From Mobula hypostoma (Eukaryota): DNA of 64,000 bases. Within the stretch, counting starts at the first letter, position 1; each line of letters begins with the position of its first letter. The stretch is taken from contig NC_086108.1 of the NCBI RefSeq assembly GCF_963921235.1, forward strand, positions 89,158,001-89,222,000, given 5' to 3'. This document shows positions 48,697-61,754 of this stretch, in pieces. The notes below the pieces were generated by a model. It made no database searches, was not told the origin of the DNA, and saw only the letters and a program-made list of their open reading frames with translations. The position numbers and the translations under genes were made by a program.

Positions 48697-49169
48697 CATC
48701 AATCCAGTCATTCACTGTCTGCAGCTGCCACCGTCCATCAGGATCACACCTCTCTACATGTCCCACAATGTATCAGGCCTGTACAGGCACCTCCCATTCT
48801 CTATCCTGCTGACAGGAATCATCTGCATCTGCCATTCATTTCCTACTCATCAACTGCTGCCTATTTAAACCCATCTCTCATCTATAGACCTCGTTCACTG
48901 ATTGAACCAGCCATCCTCAACCATCTGCTCCTAGCCTTCAGTTACCTTGTTGCCTGTTAAGTCTAGTATCTGTTTTTTTTTTGTATATTGTAGCCCCTCG
49001 TGGCTTGAAATTTTGCAGCTTAGAAGTAAAATCTTTTTCACTGCTAAATCAAATCTACTGCTCAGCTTTTGGGTCAACTTTTCTCTACATTTCCTGACAC
49101 TCAGAAATTCAGATTCAATCTTAATCTATGTGGGATTTAAATATTCACCTTCTTGTTACATTGACTTTG

Positions 49170-49530
49170 TTTCTTTGGGTGCTCTAGTTTCCTCCCACAT
49201 CCTGAAGATGTCTATAGATTAATTGGCTGCTGTAAATTGCCTCTGCTGTGCAGGTGAGCGGCGAAATCTAGAATTGGTGATAATGAGGAGATGTATTAAA
49301 AATGGGATTAAAGTATGACACTTATAAGACATTTAGGCAGGTACCACATATGCAAAGGAAACGCTTAGAGGGATACAGACCAAATATCGGAAATTGGACT
49401 AGCTCAAGTAGACACCTTTGTGGACAAGGATGAGTTGGTTGAAAGAGCCCCTCTAAGGGTCCCATGCTGTACAACTCTATGACTCTCAGATAAATGGGTG
49501 GTTGATGGTTGTCACAAGCTCCATGTGCCA
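49170..49530 (+). mobile_element. V-SINE-like core with an embedded CR1 3' tail
   Basis: gggtgctctagtttcctcccacatcctgaaga...attaattggctgctgtaaattgcc; CR1-type tail ending ctgtacaactctatgactct. Confidence 0.55.
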
Positions 49531-50524
49531 AAGTTCCTTTTTCCAACCTGATCTTTCTTTAACTCTATGTCTTATGCACAACTCTTGCATTTAACATGGC
49601 TAAATGTCGCTGCTCATCAGAACAAAATGATACCAGGAGATGCAAGTTTCCATTGTGGGGTTAAGAGACCTACTGTAGATTAGGCAGGGTAAAGACAAGG
49701 GTTGTCCTAACGTCCTTAAAGGTTTCAGTTGTATGCAACATTGATGAAATGAGTTATACTAAATAAGAAGGCCCTGAAGAAAGGCAATTGAGAAGGGGGA
49801 TTGACGCTTAGAAGGGATTAGTCCAGAACTGAAAACCACAGAGGGCATGAGCAGCTGAATAGAATCAGAATCTCTTAAAAGGAGAACGGGGGAACATAAA
49901 AACTTAACAAAAATGCTGACTCCTTTTTATCTACAATTGCTGATTTTTTTCTTTTTGTTCTGGCCATCCTTTTATTTTAGATTTCCTGCATTTTCAGTTT
50001 CCTTTTTTATCAGGTGTGTGGTTTTGTTTTATTAGTATGCCAACACAGTTTGCCATAACAAATGACTAAGAAAGAAACTATCAATCCCTTCTTTGACAAA
50101 TGGTAAATTACTTTGAAATGATAGCGGCTAAATAATTTACATCTGCTGCAGCAGCAAATTAAACTCTTTACAATCACAGGGGTTTATTTTTCTATGCCAT
50201 AGTGCATTCATGTTTGCTTTCCAAAGCAGCATTAACACTTTGACAGGCAACCAATCCAGAGATCAGGAACTTGACTCAGGTATGCCGACCGAGTAAAAAA
50301 GGCAGCAACTCGCAACAGTTTTTTGGAACTCTGACCAGCAGCCAATCTGCGTTTGGGATTGATTGGCAAGAACAAACTAAAGGAAAGCAGGGGCAACCAC
50401 AGCAGCCAATGTTGGACTAGACAGAATTAAAGTGGTGATATTGAGGCTTCAGTCAGAGAAGGCGAAACAGAAACTCTGGAAGTCGAGTTTTCTCCTCCTC
50501 CTTTCTTTACATTTGTTAATTTTG

Positions 50525-50870
50525 GACAGTAAAGATACCAGGCAGGAGAGATTAAAGGAGGAGGGGTGGTGTTACTAGTCGGGGAAAATGTGATGGCAGT
50601 GCTCCGTCAGGACAGACCAGAGAACTGGACTAGTGAGGTGTTACAGGAGAGAATGAGAAATAAGAAAAGTATGATCACATTAATAGGGCTATATTAGAGA
50701 CCACCCAAAAGTCCTAGTGATTCAGTGGAACAAAATGTAGAGAGATCGCAGGCTGTTGCAAGAAACACAAGGTTGTTATAGTAGGTGATTTTAACTTTTC
50801 ACATATTGACTGGGAATCCCATACTGTAATAGGTATAGATGGGGTAGAGTTTGTTAAATATGTCGGTTAT
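50525..50870 (+). mobile_element. CR1 endonuclease fragment
   Basis: KGGGVVLLVGE and VVIVGDFNFSHIDWE motifs. Confidence 0.8.
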
Positions 50871-51034
50871 AATCGATATCTGCACCTGGCTGGAAGCCCA
50901 AGAAAAGTTCTTCGTCATACATGTCTGGAAGGCACTAGATCCTTTTTCAAGATTTTTGATGTTTAAATCAATATAGGCACTACATAATCAAATGGTAGAA
51001 ATTTCAGAGTTATAACAAAAGCCTATCATTCACA

Positions 51035-51580
51035 GAAAACATGAAATGCTGTCATAGGAAAGCAGCATCCATCATCAGAGGTCCCCACCAGCCAGGTCAT
51101 GCTCTCTTCTCATTACTGCCGTCAGATAGGAGGTACAAGAGCCTCGGAACTCACACAACCAGGTTAAAGAAGAGTTACTACCCCTCAACCATCAGGTTCC
51201 AGGATAAAAGGGGACAACTGTACTCATTTGCTCCATTATTGAAATGTTCCTCCAACCAATAATCTTACTTTAAGGAACACACACAAAGTGCTGGAGGAAT
51301 TCAGCAGGCCAGGCAGCATCTATGGAAAAAAGTACAGTCGATGTTTCGGGCCAAGACCCTTCAGCAGGACTTTACCATAAGGGCTCTTTATCTCATTATC
51401 TAATACTCTCATTATTTATTGCTATTTGTTTATATTTGTAGTTGCATAGTTTGTTGTCTTCCACACTCTGGTTGCTCTTTCATTGGTCCTGTTATATTTA
51501 CTTGGTCTGGAGGAATGTTGTTTCATTTGGCGGTATACATGTGCACATTTGAACAGCAATCAAACTGAATTTGACCTTGA
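51035..51580 (+). mobile_element. Rex1-like 3' end with an inserted PLE pseudo-LTR (51276-51372, minus)
   Basis: KAASIIRGPHQPGHALFSLLPSDRRYKSL...KSYYPSTIR; PLE piece with hammerhead remnant CTGCTGA. Confidence 0.82.
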
Positions 51581-52479
51581 TACATTGGTGCAGTTTTGAC
51601 CAATATGATTTAGCTGTTCTTCCAGCTTCATTCAGATGGCCTTGAAAATTTTGTCATTTAAGGCCTTGTTTTTTCTCTGGAAGTTGTCACATTGCTTCAA
51701 CAGTCGCACACAATTTGTTGTAATTAGGCATGAGGGAGGAACTGCTTCCACCGAGACTGAGCATTTCCTGTACAGTCCAGGCAATACACTTTACTGTACT
51801 GTTGTGGCAGGAAGGTATAATTTTCCCGAGTGTCTCCAAATTTAAGAGCAGCTTAAGTACCAGCTGCATAAAGTAACTAACTGTTGATTTAATAAAGTTT
51901 TGTCCATTGTATAGCATGGCACCAACTGAAATAAGAGCAAGGGTATATTGTCACAGTAAGTAGGGCAAGAATAATTGTTACTTTCACGGCAAAGTAACTT
52001 CTTAATCTTCTTAATTCATTAATTTCTTTATTGGTGTCACACAGCTCCCACCTGAAAATAATCTTTCAAATTGTCATGTCTTTATCTTTAGAATCAAATA
52101 CCCAGGTGGATGGCTTGTTGGGAATGAGCCTCAGCAGGATACAGAAGCACTACATAATTCTACCGCAATAGAAAGTTACAAATGACTTACATTTGCCTAC
52201 AATAGTTACAATAGCCTACATTATTCCTGGCAAAATAGTAAGAAGGATAGCACCATAGTTAGGCCACAAGACATGAGAGCTATAAATTAAGAGTAGGACA
52301 TCTGGCCCATTGAACCTGCTCTGCTATCCAATATGACCATGGTCAATCCAACTTTTCTGAAGTCAACTTTTACCATAACTCTCAATCCCTTCATTGCTTA
52401 AAAATTGATCACGGCTTTGAAAGTATTCAAGGATTCAACGTCCACAGCTTTCTGGAGCAAGGAATTCCAAAGACACTGT

Positions 52480-52660
52480 ATTGGATTTCAGTAAGGCATT
52501 TGATAAGGTTCCCCATGCAAGGATCCTTCAGAAAGTAAGGAGGCATTGGATCCAAGGAGATCTTGCTTTGTGGATCCAGAAATTGCTTGCCCACAGAAGG
52601 CAAAGGGTGGTTATAGATGGTTCATATTCTGCATGGAGTTCGGTGACCAGTGGTGTTCCG
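52480..52660 (+). mobile_element. CR1 RT fragment
   Basis: DFSKAFDKVPHARILQKV...RRQRVVIDG...VTSGVP. Confidence 0.88.
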
Positions 52661-53150
52661 CCAAGTTCAGGAACAGTTACTACCCCTCAACCATCAGGCT
52701 ACTGAACTAGAAGGGATAACATAATTCATTTTCACTTGCCCCATTAATAACCTGTTCCCACAACCTAAGGACTCACTTTCAAGGACTCTTCATCTCATGT
52801 TCTTGCTAATTATTGCTTATTTCTTTATTTTTATTTTTTTTCTTTGTTTTTATATTGTATCTGCACACTTCATTGTTGTTTTGCACTCTGGTAGACTGCC
52901 CATTGGGTGCAGTATTTCATTGATTCTATTTTGGTTATTAGATTTATTGAGTAACCATATAACAATAACATATAACCATATAACAATTGCAGCATGGAAA
53001 CAGGCCATCACAGCCCTTCTAGTGCGTGCCGAACTCTTACTCTCACCTAGTCCCACCGACCTGCACTCAGCCCACAAGAAATTGAATCTCAGTGTTGTAT
53101 GTGGTGACATACATGTACATTGATAAAAAATTTACTTTGAACTTCAAGTG
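52661..53150 (+). mobile_element. Rex1-like 3' end with an inserted minus-strand CR1-type tail (~52953-53068)
   Basis: ttcaggaacagttactacccctcaaccatcagg; 3'UTR ending aaatttactttgaactt; (taaccata)n tail inside. Confidence 0.7.
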
Positions 53151-53184
53151 TGCATTGGAGGAGAGCTCCAGGGGTATGGGTTCT

Positions 53185-53960
53185 GTGAAACTGGAAAATT
53201 CAGTGTTCAAGACTTTGGGTTGTAAATGTTCCAAATGAAAAATGAGAAAATTTTCTTCTAATTTGCATTGTTCCTCTCCAGAGAAATAGAGAAGGCCGAG
53301 AACAGAGGAGTTGGAGTAGGAAGGAGAGTTAAACTGACATACAACTAAAAGCTCAAGATGAATATTGTGGGCAGTGAGTAGGTGCTCTGCAAAATGGTCA
53401 CCCTTTCTATACATGATTTCACTAATGTAGAGGAGGTCACATCATGAGCACTGAATGCAGAAGACCAGGTTGACAAAGGTGCAAGTGAACATTTGCCTGA
53501 CTTGGAAGGTCTCTTTAGTACCCTAGATGGTGATGAGGGACAGGTGTTGCATTTGATTGCAGGGATGGGGACCAGTGAGTGGGGAAGGTTGAGTGGACTT
53601 GGGAGTCTGAAAGAGATTGTTCTCTGTGGAAAGCAGAATGGAGGTAGAGGAGAAGGTTTGACTGGTGAGATCATGTTGGAATTGATAGAAATGGGTTGAA
53701 TGTAGATGCTAGCAGAATGGAAGGAGAGGACCAACTATCAATGTTTTGTCCACGGTGAATGCAGCCTAGAGTAGAAATGTGGGAAATGGAGGAAATGCAT
53801 GTGTGGACTCCATTGACTATGGCAGGGGGGAAGCTATGTTTCAGGAAGAAAGAGGACGTTTCAGAATAGAAGGCCTTGAGAACAAATGTAGCGGAGATGG
53901 AGAAACTGAGGAAAAGGGGATGCCATCCTTACATGAAGCAGGATGTGAGGAGACACAGTT
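53185..53960 (-). mobile_element. Old PLE endonuclease fragment
   Basis: Minus strand GDHFAEHL...CQFNSPS...KLEENFLIFHLEHLQPKVLNTEFS. Confidence 0.8.
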
Positions 53961-54344
53961 GAGGCAGCTGGCAGCAGGTGGTAAAGGTAACAAGATTGAT
54001 GGGTTCTGCATGAGTGCAGGAAGCAGCATTAATTCAGTTACTGATGTCATGGAGAAACAGTTGTGGGGTGCGAGGTGCCTGGAAAGACTTAAAACAAGGC
54101 AGACCCCCTCAGATACTCTCAAACTTACTGCCTTACTTTAAATTTTTTTCTACCTCTAAAATGAGGAAAGGTTTCCTGTAGTCTATTCTATTTGCTTTCC
54201 TAAGTAATGATGCCACTCAACCCCCTTCATGCTAGGGTGAACAGACCTTGCTTCTGCATTCTTCACTCATAAATGAACTGCTCCACCCCTGGTGGCATCC
54301 TTTGTGCCTTATACTGAGAAATTACATTCATTCTTTGTTTTTTT

Positions 54345-54560
54345 TATTTAGAGATACAGCACGGTAACAGGCCCTTCTTGCCCACGAGCCAGTGCCACTC
54401 ACTTATACCTATGTGACCAATTAACGTACTAATCCATACATCTTTGGAATGTGGGTGGAACCAAAGCACTTTGAGGAAACCCATAGAGTCACAGGGAGAA
54501 CAGACAAACTCCTTGTGAATTTGCTACCATGCCACCCACAATTTTGATCACTATGCTTTC
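54345..54560 (-). mobile_element. V-SINE-like SINE
   Basis: gtgaccaattaac...tctttggaatgtgggtggaaccaaagcac...gaggaaacccat; tail aaataaa on the minus strand. Confidence 0.7.
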
Positions 54561-54900
54561 TATAGCACAGTACTCCAGATGACCAAGATAATATTAAGTT
54601 GGAGCATAGCTTCTCTAATTCTGTATGAAATGCCCCAAAATAACAAGACAAGTATTCTATCTACCTTCATAATCACATTACCTACCTGTGTTGCCACCTT
54701 CAAGGAACTGTGGACTTGTACTCAAAGATTCCTTGTTTCCTCAAACTCCTTAAGAACTTACTATTCATACTGAGTGTTCTAGCCTCATTAATACACCCAT
54801 TATATATCACCTCACATTTGTCTGAATTAACCTTTACCTGCCACTTTTCAGTCAATTTCACCAACACATCAATATCTTTCAGCAGCCTAAGTCAACCTTC
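54560..54900 (-). mobile_element. Ancient CR1 fragment
   Basis: Weak similarity (gcacagtactccagat; ctacctgtgttgccaccttcaaggaactgtggac). Confidence 0.55.
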
Positions 54901-55984
54901 CACAAGATGAATGATGTAGTCTTAGAGCATGAAATGTTAAATATACAGTCAACATAAGTAAGTAATTTGTGATGTGTTCTTTATTGTCAGGGATAAAATT
55001 GATGCACAGTATCAATTTCAATTTGACAGGACTAGTATGGACTCAGATCAGTGTAGCTGTTGATTCTATTGTCAAATTCATAGACACTTCTTTGTGTTCA
55101 AGGTAAGTGTTCTTCACAAGGACTGCTGAGTTTCTAAGTGAATAAATATGGAGCATAATATTTCTTGAAAAGGACTCACCTTACTTAAATTTTAAAATTT
55201 CTGGTACTGGAAGCAGGGAAATATACATTTGTCTGAAGAAATTTCTTATAATTCTAAAAGGGGATACATTTAACTCCATAGCCTGACATGATAGCCTGAC
55301 ATCTCCACCCTTCAATAAATTGCTTTGAACCTACCTAATGTCTTTGCATATGCTGCATTTACTTGGCTTTGGATCTGCTTCCAGTGATACTCATTCATAG
55401 CAAGGCACACAGAGTATTCATTCTTGTAAATTGCAGGAGGGAAAGTCAAACTTAGGGGCTAATACAAATGTTAGAGTCAGACCAGTAGACAAAGCTCTGG
55501 ATCTCCTGGCAGGAATAAGTGAGGCTAAAAGAGCTTACTGTTGTGGAGTTAATTGGACAGCAACATCTGGAGTCTGGGTGAAAGCATGATTAAAACTGAA
55601 ATTAGGAAGTTTAAGTACAAGTTATCCTCTGATCCACAGACTATGCTGCCCAAACACAATACCAATAGCCTTGTATTAAAAGCCATTTCAATTCTGTGAT
55701 GTAATTTGTGCTAATTAAGTTCATAAACACTGAAAAGTTAATGTTACATTTCCAGCATTGAGATTTTCAGGATGATTTCTTTTTAAGACAAACCATTTCC
55801 TTCTATCAGTACATGCAAATTCATATTTCCTGGTTTATATTTATTATGCCTCCTTGACAAAAGCTCTGACCACATTTCCATATCATCCCTACCTACCTGC
55901 ATCTCCACAAAGGTCTTGGTTGCAGCTCATCTTAGACCTAGAACAACCTCCTAGACTATCCATAATTCAACCAACCTATAGTGT

Positions 55985-56285
55985 AGGCTGGTGCTGTTGT
56001 GGATAGTGAAGAAGTTTGTCATAGTTTACAACAAGACTATGATAGGATGCAGAGCTGGGCTTATAAGTGGCAGATGGAGTTCCATCTAGAAAAGTCTGAG
56101 GAGCTACACTCTGGAAGGTCAAACTTGAAGGCAGCATACAGGGTTAATGACAGAATTTAGAGCAGTGTGGAGGAGCAGTGGGATCTTGGGGTCCATGTAC
56201 ATAGGTTCTCCAAGTTGCTGCACAAGTTGAAAGGTTGCCTAAGAAGGTGTATGTTGTGTTGGCCTTCATTAGTCAGGGATTGAAT
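55985..56285 (+). mobile_element. CR1 RT C-terminal fragment
   Basis: VVDSEEVCHSLQQDYDRMQSWAYKWQMEF...DLGVHV. Confidence 0.85.
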
Positions 56286-56904
56286 TCAAGCTTTAAAGAG
56301 GGTGCAAAGTGGATTTATCGGATACCACCGACACCACCGACGTTCCTATTAAGCAATGTCTTAATTTTAGAAATACTCCTTAATCTGAAATCAATCCTGC
56401 TCTTTTCATTGGTTTCATTTTCTCATTTCATTGATTGTTTCCTCAAGCCCTACAATTCTCCAAGGTACTTACATTTCTGTATCTCTGGCCTTTCAAGTGA
56501 GTTTTAATTGGCTCACCTTTGGTGACGTGGTTTTCAATTGCCACATCCTAGACTCTAGAATTCACATCATCTCTCAAATATCCTATCCTTCTTCAACTTA
56601 ACTTTAAATCCAATTACATTGTCTATGATTTTGGTCCAAGATAGAGAATGAGATTTTAATGACTTGACTCATTCTGTGGTAGAAAGTAGGTAGACTCTCA
56701 GTTTTAAATTCAATTTGAGATTTTTGTCTATTGAGAAAGAAGACCAAATTGGAATAATTATTACCAAACTCTAAAACTAAATTTAATTGACAATTTAACA
56801 ATCAAAAGTGACAGGTTATTCAGTATTTTGATACAGATTTTTAACTGAACTGGTGTCAAGTAAAAACAGTAATAAACTCTAACTGGAGTACAACTTCCAT
56901 ATCT

Positions 56905-57890
56905 CAAACGAGAAAAAATCTGCAAATGCTGGAAATCCAAGCAACACACACAAAATGCTGGAGGAACTCAGCAGGCCAGACAGCATCTATGGAAAAAAAT
57001 ACAGTTGATGTTTCAGGCCGAGACCCTTCAACAGGACTGGAGAAAAAAAAGATGAATATATTTTAAAGGTGGGGGAGGGGAGAGAAAAAGATAAGATGAT
57101 AGGCAAAACTGGGAGGTGGGGGACGAAGTAAAGAACTGGGAAGTTGATTGGTGAAATGGATACACTGGGTAAGGAGGTGTCTGATAGGAGAGGACAGAAG
57201 GCCATGGAAGAAAGAAAAGGGGGAGGAGAACCAAAGGGAGGCGATGGGCAGGTAAGGAGATAAGGTGAGAGAGGGAAACGGGTGGGCGGGAATGGTGAGG
57301 GGTGGGATCATTTCTAAAAGTTTGAGAGATTGATCTTCATGCCATCAGGTTGGAGGCTACCTAGATGGAACATAAGGCATTGTTCCTCCAACCTGAGTGC
57401 GGCCTCATCGCGACAGTAGAGGAGGTCATGGATTGGCATATCAGAATGGGAATGGGAAGTGGAATTAAAATGGTTGGCCACTGGGAGATTCTGCTTCTCC
57501 TGGCAAAGGAGCATAGGTGTTCGGCGAAGCAGTCTCCCAGCCTACGTGGTCTCACCGATATACAGGAGGCCACACCAGGAGCACCAGACACAATATATGA
57601 TCCCAACAGACTCAGAGGTGAAGTGTCACCTCTCCTGGAGGGACTGTTTGTGGCCCTGTATGGTTGTGAGGGAGGAAATGGAGAGCAGGTGTGGGAGGGG
57701 CAGGTGTAGCACTTGTTCTGTTTGCAAGGATATTGGGTAGGAGGTAGAAATGGGAGGTGCGGGGTGCAGGAACTATGAGGTTGGTGGCAATGGATGGGAG
57801 ATCCCCGGAGCTAATAAGGTCAGTGATGGTGTGGGAGTCAATGGCCTGCTGGTCCTTTGTGGGATCCTGTCCGAAGGGTAAGTAAGAAGA
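56905..57890 (-). mobile_element. PLE with an RT N-terminal remnant joined to EN by deletion, plus pseudo-LTR
   Basis: YLPFGQDPTKD...FYLLPNI (57725-57890), then the EN domain (LPVANHFNSTSHSHSDM...LQPDGMKI) and hammerhead remnant CTGTTGA at ~57002-57039. Confidence 0.88.
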
Positions 57891-58234
57891 CTTCAATATC
57901 ATTGACTTAAATGGGAAAGATTTGGATGTGACTGACAATAAATTGTGTGATTTTGTCATCATGGTTAATCCCTCATGCAAGGAGTTTGAAACCATTTACT
58001 TCCCTGTGGTATGAATGGTACTGGGGAGAAGCTATCGGCAATGATACCACTGAGAAATAGGTTGGAGATACTGACTGACAATAATGCAAATATACAGCAC
58101 AGTGCTGCAACAGGGAGTGAAATAATGACTGCTCACCTCTAGTGCCTCCATCTTGAACTTAATTTGCAAAAAATAGCATTGCTGACAGTAAAGCATCTTT
58201 CCAGATGGTAGGAAGTAAATCATCATCATTGCCC

Positions 58235-58930
58235 CTGATGTGCAGGATTCCCTAAAGGTTAATTTGCAGGTTGAGTTGATGGTGAGGAAAGCAAATACAA
58301 TGATAGCATTTATTTCAAGAGGACTAGAATATAAAATAAGGACGTAAAGTTGAGGCTTTATAAAGGCACTGATGAGGCCTCACTTGGAGTATGATGAGCA
58401 GTTCTGGGCCCCTTATCTAAGAAAGGATGTGCTGGCATTGGAGAGGGTTCAAAAGAAGTTCACAAAAAAGGATTCCGGGATTGAATGGCTTGTCATATGA
58501 AGAGCCTTTGATGGCTCTGGGCCTGGAATTCAGAAGAGTAAGGGATGACTTCATTGAAACCTATCGAATGTTGAAAGGCCTCAACAGAGTGGATGTTGAG
58601 AGGATGTTTCCTGTGGTGGGGGAGTCTAGAACCAGAGGACACAGCCTCTGAAAAGAGGGGTGTCCTTTTAGAATGGAGATGAAGAGGAACTTCTCTCGCC
58701 AGTGAGTAGTGAATTTGTGGAACTTGTTGCCACAGGTGGCTGTGGAGGCTGAGTCTTCGAATACTGTATATTTAAGGCAGAGGTTGAGAGATTATTGATT
58801 AGTCAGGGCATGAAGGGTTATGAGGAAAAGGCAGGAGATTAGGGCTAAGAGAGAAAATGGATCAGCCTTGAAATGACAGAGCAGACTGGATGGACCAAAA
58901 AGCCTAATTCTACTCTTATGATCTTATGAT
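58235..58930 (+). mobile_element. CR1 3' fragment
   Basis: IPGLNGLSYEEPL...FIETYRMLKGLNRVDVERMFP...SRTRGHSL; tail (cttatgat)n. Confidence 0.88.
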
Positions 58931-59969
58931 AAAAAAGCCATGTCTTTTGAAGGATAGTCAAGACATAAATGCGTGAAAAATAGACAGAACTGAATAGAGT
59001 GTATTTAAAAATTATAAAACAGTAAGGAATATTTCACTGAAATTGGGAGATTCTCAGGATATATTTACTGTATTTGCAAAATAACTCCACATTCAAGTGA
59101 TTTATTTTAAGCTTAAAGGCTCTGGGAAGAAAACAAGAGGGATAATAGCACTGAAAGGTCATGTAAATTTCTGAGTAATTCTGCTGAAGTCGATTGATCT
59201 AGCTTATAGCTTTAACGGTTACCATGGTTACACAACGAGGGCACTAGATCTGACCAAACTAAAGCAAATGAATTATATTACTTTTAGTTGCTATGGGAAA
59301 CAAGAGACGGTGTTTCTATAAATCCAAGTTTGGAACTGATGTAAGATTCATTGTTCAATGAACTGAAACTGAAGAAAAGCATACTTGTGAAAATATATTT
59401 ATAGTTTACTAATCTTTACAGCATGAAGTTGCAAAGAAAATAGTTTCTTTCAAACTAATTTTCAGCCTCCAGTGTGGTATTCAACTTGAGTGATTCAAAC
59501 TGTCCATTACTTTTTCTGTTGAGACATCCTGGGTGTTTTGTTCAAAGAAAGGAATACATTAATCTGAGTTCAATTGATTGCCTCTTTCTTCTTCACAACA
59601 CATTGTGCACCTTTCTCTTTATTTTTTTCTTCAAGTGTAATTCTGCTTCCATTATTACACACTTCCAGTATATAAAACATCCAGTGTTTAAGGGATTTGA
59701 GAAAACTGGCTAGTCCCAGACCATTGTGATACTGTTATTTCTCAAACAGCAGAAAATGTAGAATAGTAATAAGTGTCTACCCTCCTTAATTTCCTTTCTT
59801 CCTGAGGATGGTGCTTGAACATTTCTGCAGCATGGTTACATTTGGGAGCTCAATAAGAAATAATGCTTCCCACCTTCTTCAAACCTCTGAGTTTCAGCTT
59901 ATCTAGTTGGCCTCAATATTCTGGGCAGTGACTTTGAAACCATTTAATACCTTAATCAAACATATTTCT

Positions 59970-60780
59970 ATTGGTATTGGTATTGGTTTATTGTTGTCAC
60001 AATAAAAATTGTCACTAAGATACAGTGAAAAGCTTGCCTTGTATGCTCTTTACACTGATCCATTCATTACAAAGTGGACTGAACTAGAATAAAGTAAAAC
60101 GATATATATAAAGCGTAAAAGCTACTGAAAAAGTATAATACAGGTATTGTAAATGATAAAATTCAAGATCATAATGAGGGAGATTGTGAGGTCAAGAGTC
60201 CATCTTATCATACAAGAGGTCCATTTGAGAGTCCGACAACAGACGCTTACAGTTGCTCCCTGTTCTTCTATTTTTGCCCTGACTAATGGACAATGCATGC
60301 TTCGTGCCTTCTCAACTGCATTATTTTAATTTACTGTTGCCTCCTGTGTGATCTTTGGATTCCTATCCCAATGTCCTTTCCTTCTTCACTGCCCCCTATC
60401 GTATTACCACCCATTGCAAGCATCCCAGCTTTACCATCCTCATAGAATGCATCACCTCACATTTTTTAGGTCTATATTCCATCTGCTTACACTGTGCCCA
60501 TCCCACCAATATCATTCTGCAGCTGAGAGTTATTCTCTTTGCGATCAGCATCATCAGTTTTTGTGTCATCTGCAAGCAATAACCTTACCTCCTACATTCA
60601 CATGTAATTCAATAACATATCTATAAAAACCATTATACATGTATATATATATAGAGAGCAAACAACTGTTGATCATCATCCGCTTCCTTACAATTTCTGA
60701 CACAATTTGCCAACTTCCTCTGGATCCCGTGGGCTCTTACCAGTCCTTTATGTGCAACCTTGACATTAGCTTTACTGAAG
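59970..60780 (-). mobile_element. Old LINE remnants (Rex1-like 3' end, then CR1 fragment)
   Basis: (tattgg)n-tttatt tail; later tttttgtgtcatctgcaagc, the reverse complement of ADDTK. Confidence 0.5.
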
Positions 60781-61249
60781 TAAAATGCATGTTTCTGAGT
60801 GATTTGAATATCAAAGCATTTATGTCATGATCTTGACTGAACAGTGGCAAGCGTTGAAGTTTCGGCGCTCCAGTTCCCAGAGTGTGGTTAGCTGCTGCTG
60901 TCCCTTTATGACTCAGACTGCTAACTACTGCCTACCACATTTTTTCATGGAAAGTTTGTACTTAAAGGTCTCGTGCTGAGCACTCGATGCTCAATCATAG
61001 GAGATCTATTTCTAGTACTATTGCTTGTGATTTCACCATTGGATTTCATTTGTGTTGTCTTGTTTATTTCAAGTCCAAATTAATTTGAGACCTTACTCTG
61101 TACTTCAGTTCACCACCATCCATAACTCCCTCATTTATAAGCAAATGAAATATTTATAAACTGCTTAAAAATTAAAACATAGTTTCATAAAAATTAATAA
61201 TATATTAATTTAAGAAAATATATAATTTGGGACAAACTTCAGAATAGCT

Positions 61250-61560
61250 TGCTTCTCAGCTCCAGAAAAAAGGATTTGATCCTGATGTCTGACACTGTCA
61301 GTATGGAGTTTGCACATTCTCCCTGTAAATGCACAGCTTTCCTCTGAATGTCTTCATTTCCTTGCTCATGTATTAATTAGCTACTAATAAATGTCCCTAA
61401 CGTATAGGTAGCAGTAGAATCGGGGTGGGTGGAATTGATGGGAATGTGGACAGAATGAAATGAGTTAGCTGGGATCAGTATAAAAATGGGTACTTGATGG
61501 CCAGCACATGATGGCCAAAGGACCTTCTTCCATATAGTTTCTCTGTGCCTCTATGGATAT
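61250..61560 (+). mobile_element. Old V-SINE-like SINE
   Basis: gtatggagtttgcacattctccctgt core; ggccaaaggaccttcttcc tail. Confidence 0.6.
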
Positions 61561-61754
61561 GGGTAGAAGAGATTGCAGGGAAAATGACTGGGTAATGCTG
61601 TTGCTTTGTGAGCTGGCATGCACTTGCTGGGATGAGTAGCCTCCTCCTATGAAAATATTAGAGTTAAGCTTCAAAAAAATATTCAATTTATGTTTTCAAA
61701 GTCATTAAAATATTGATTAGAGAGAAGAAAAACTGAACCCTTCAGTATTATTTG

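Larger units (their letters stand above)
44009..49099 (+). mobile_element. Degraded Tf1/sushi-group (chromovirus-related) Gypsy LTR retrotransposon
   Basis: LTRs 44009-44327 (TGTCAG...CTGACA) and 48771-49099; gag PECFNG...QCVLHFEHQP...KMAFVI; knuckle CSYCGAADH; protease ALVDSSAAGN; RT GFFFVKKKDG, KNRYPL, SKLDLRGVYNLIRI and FIYIDDILIFS; integrase remnants. Confidence 0.9.
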
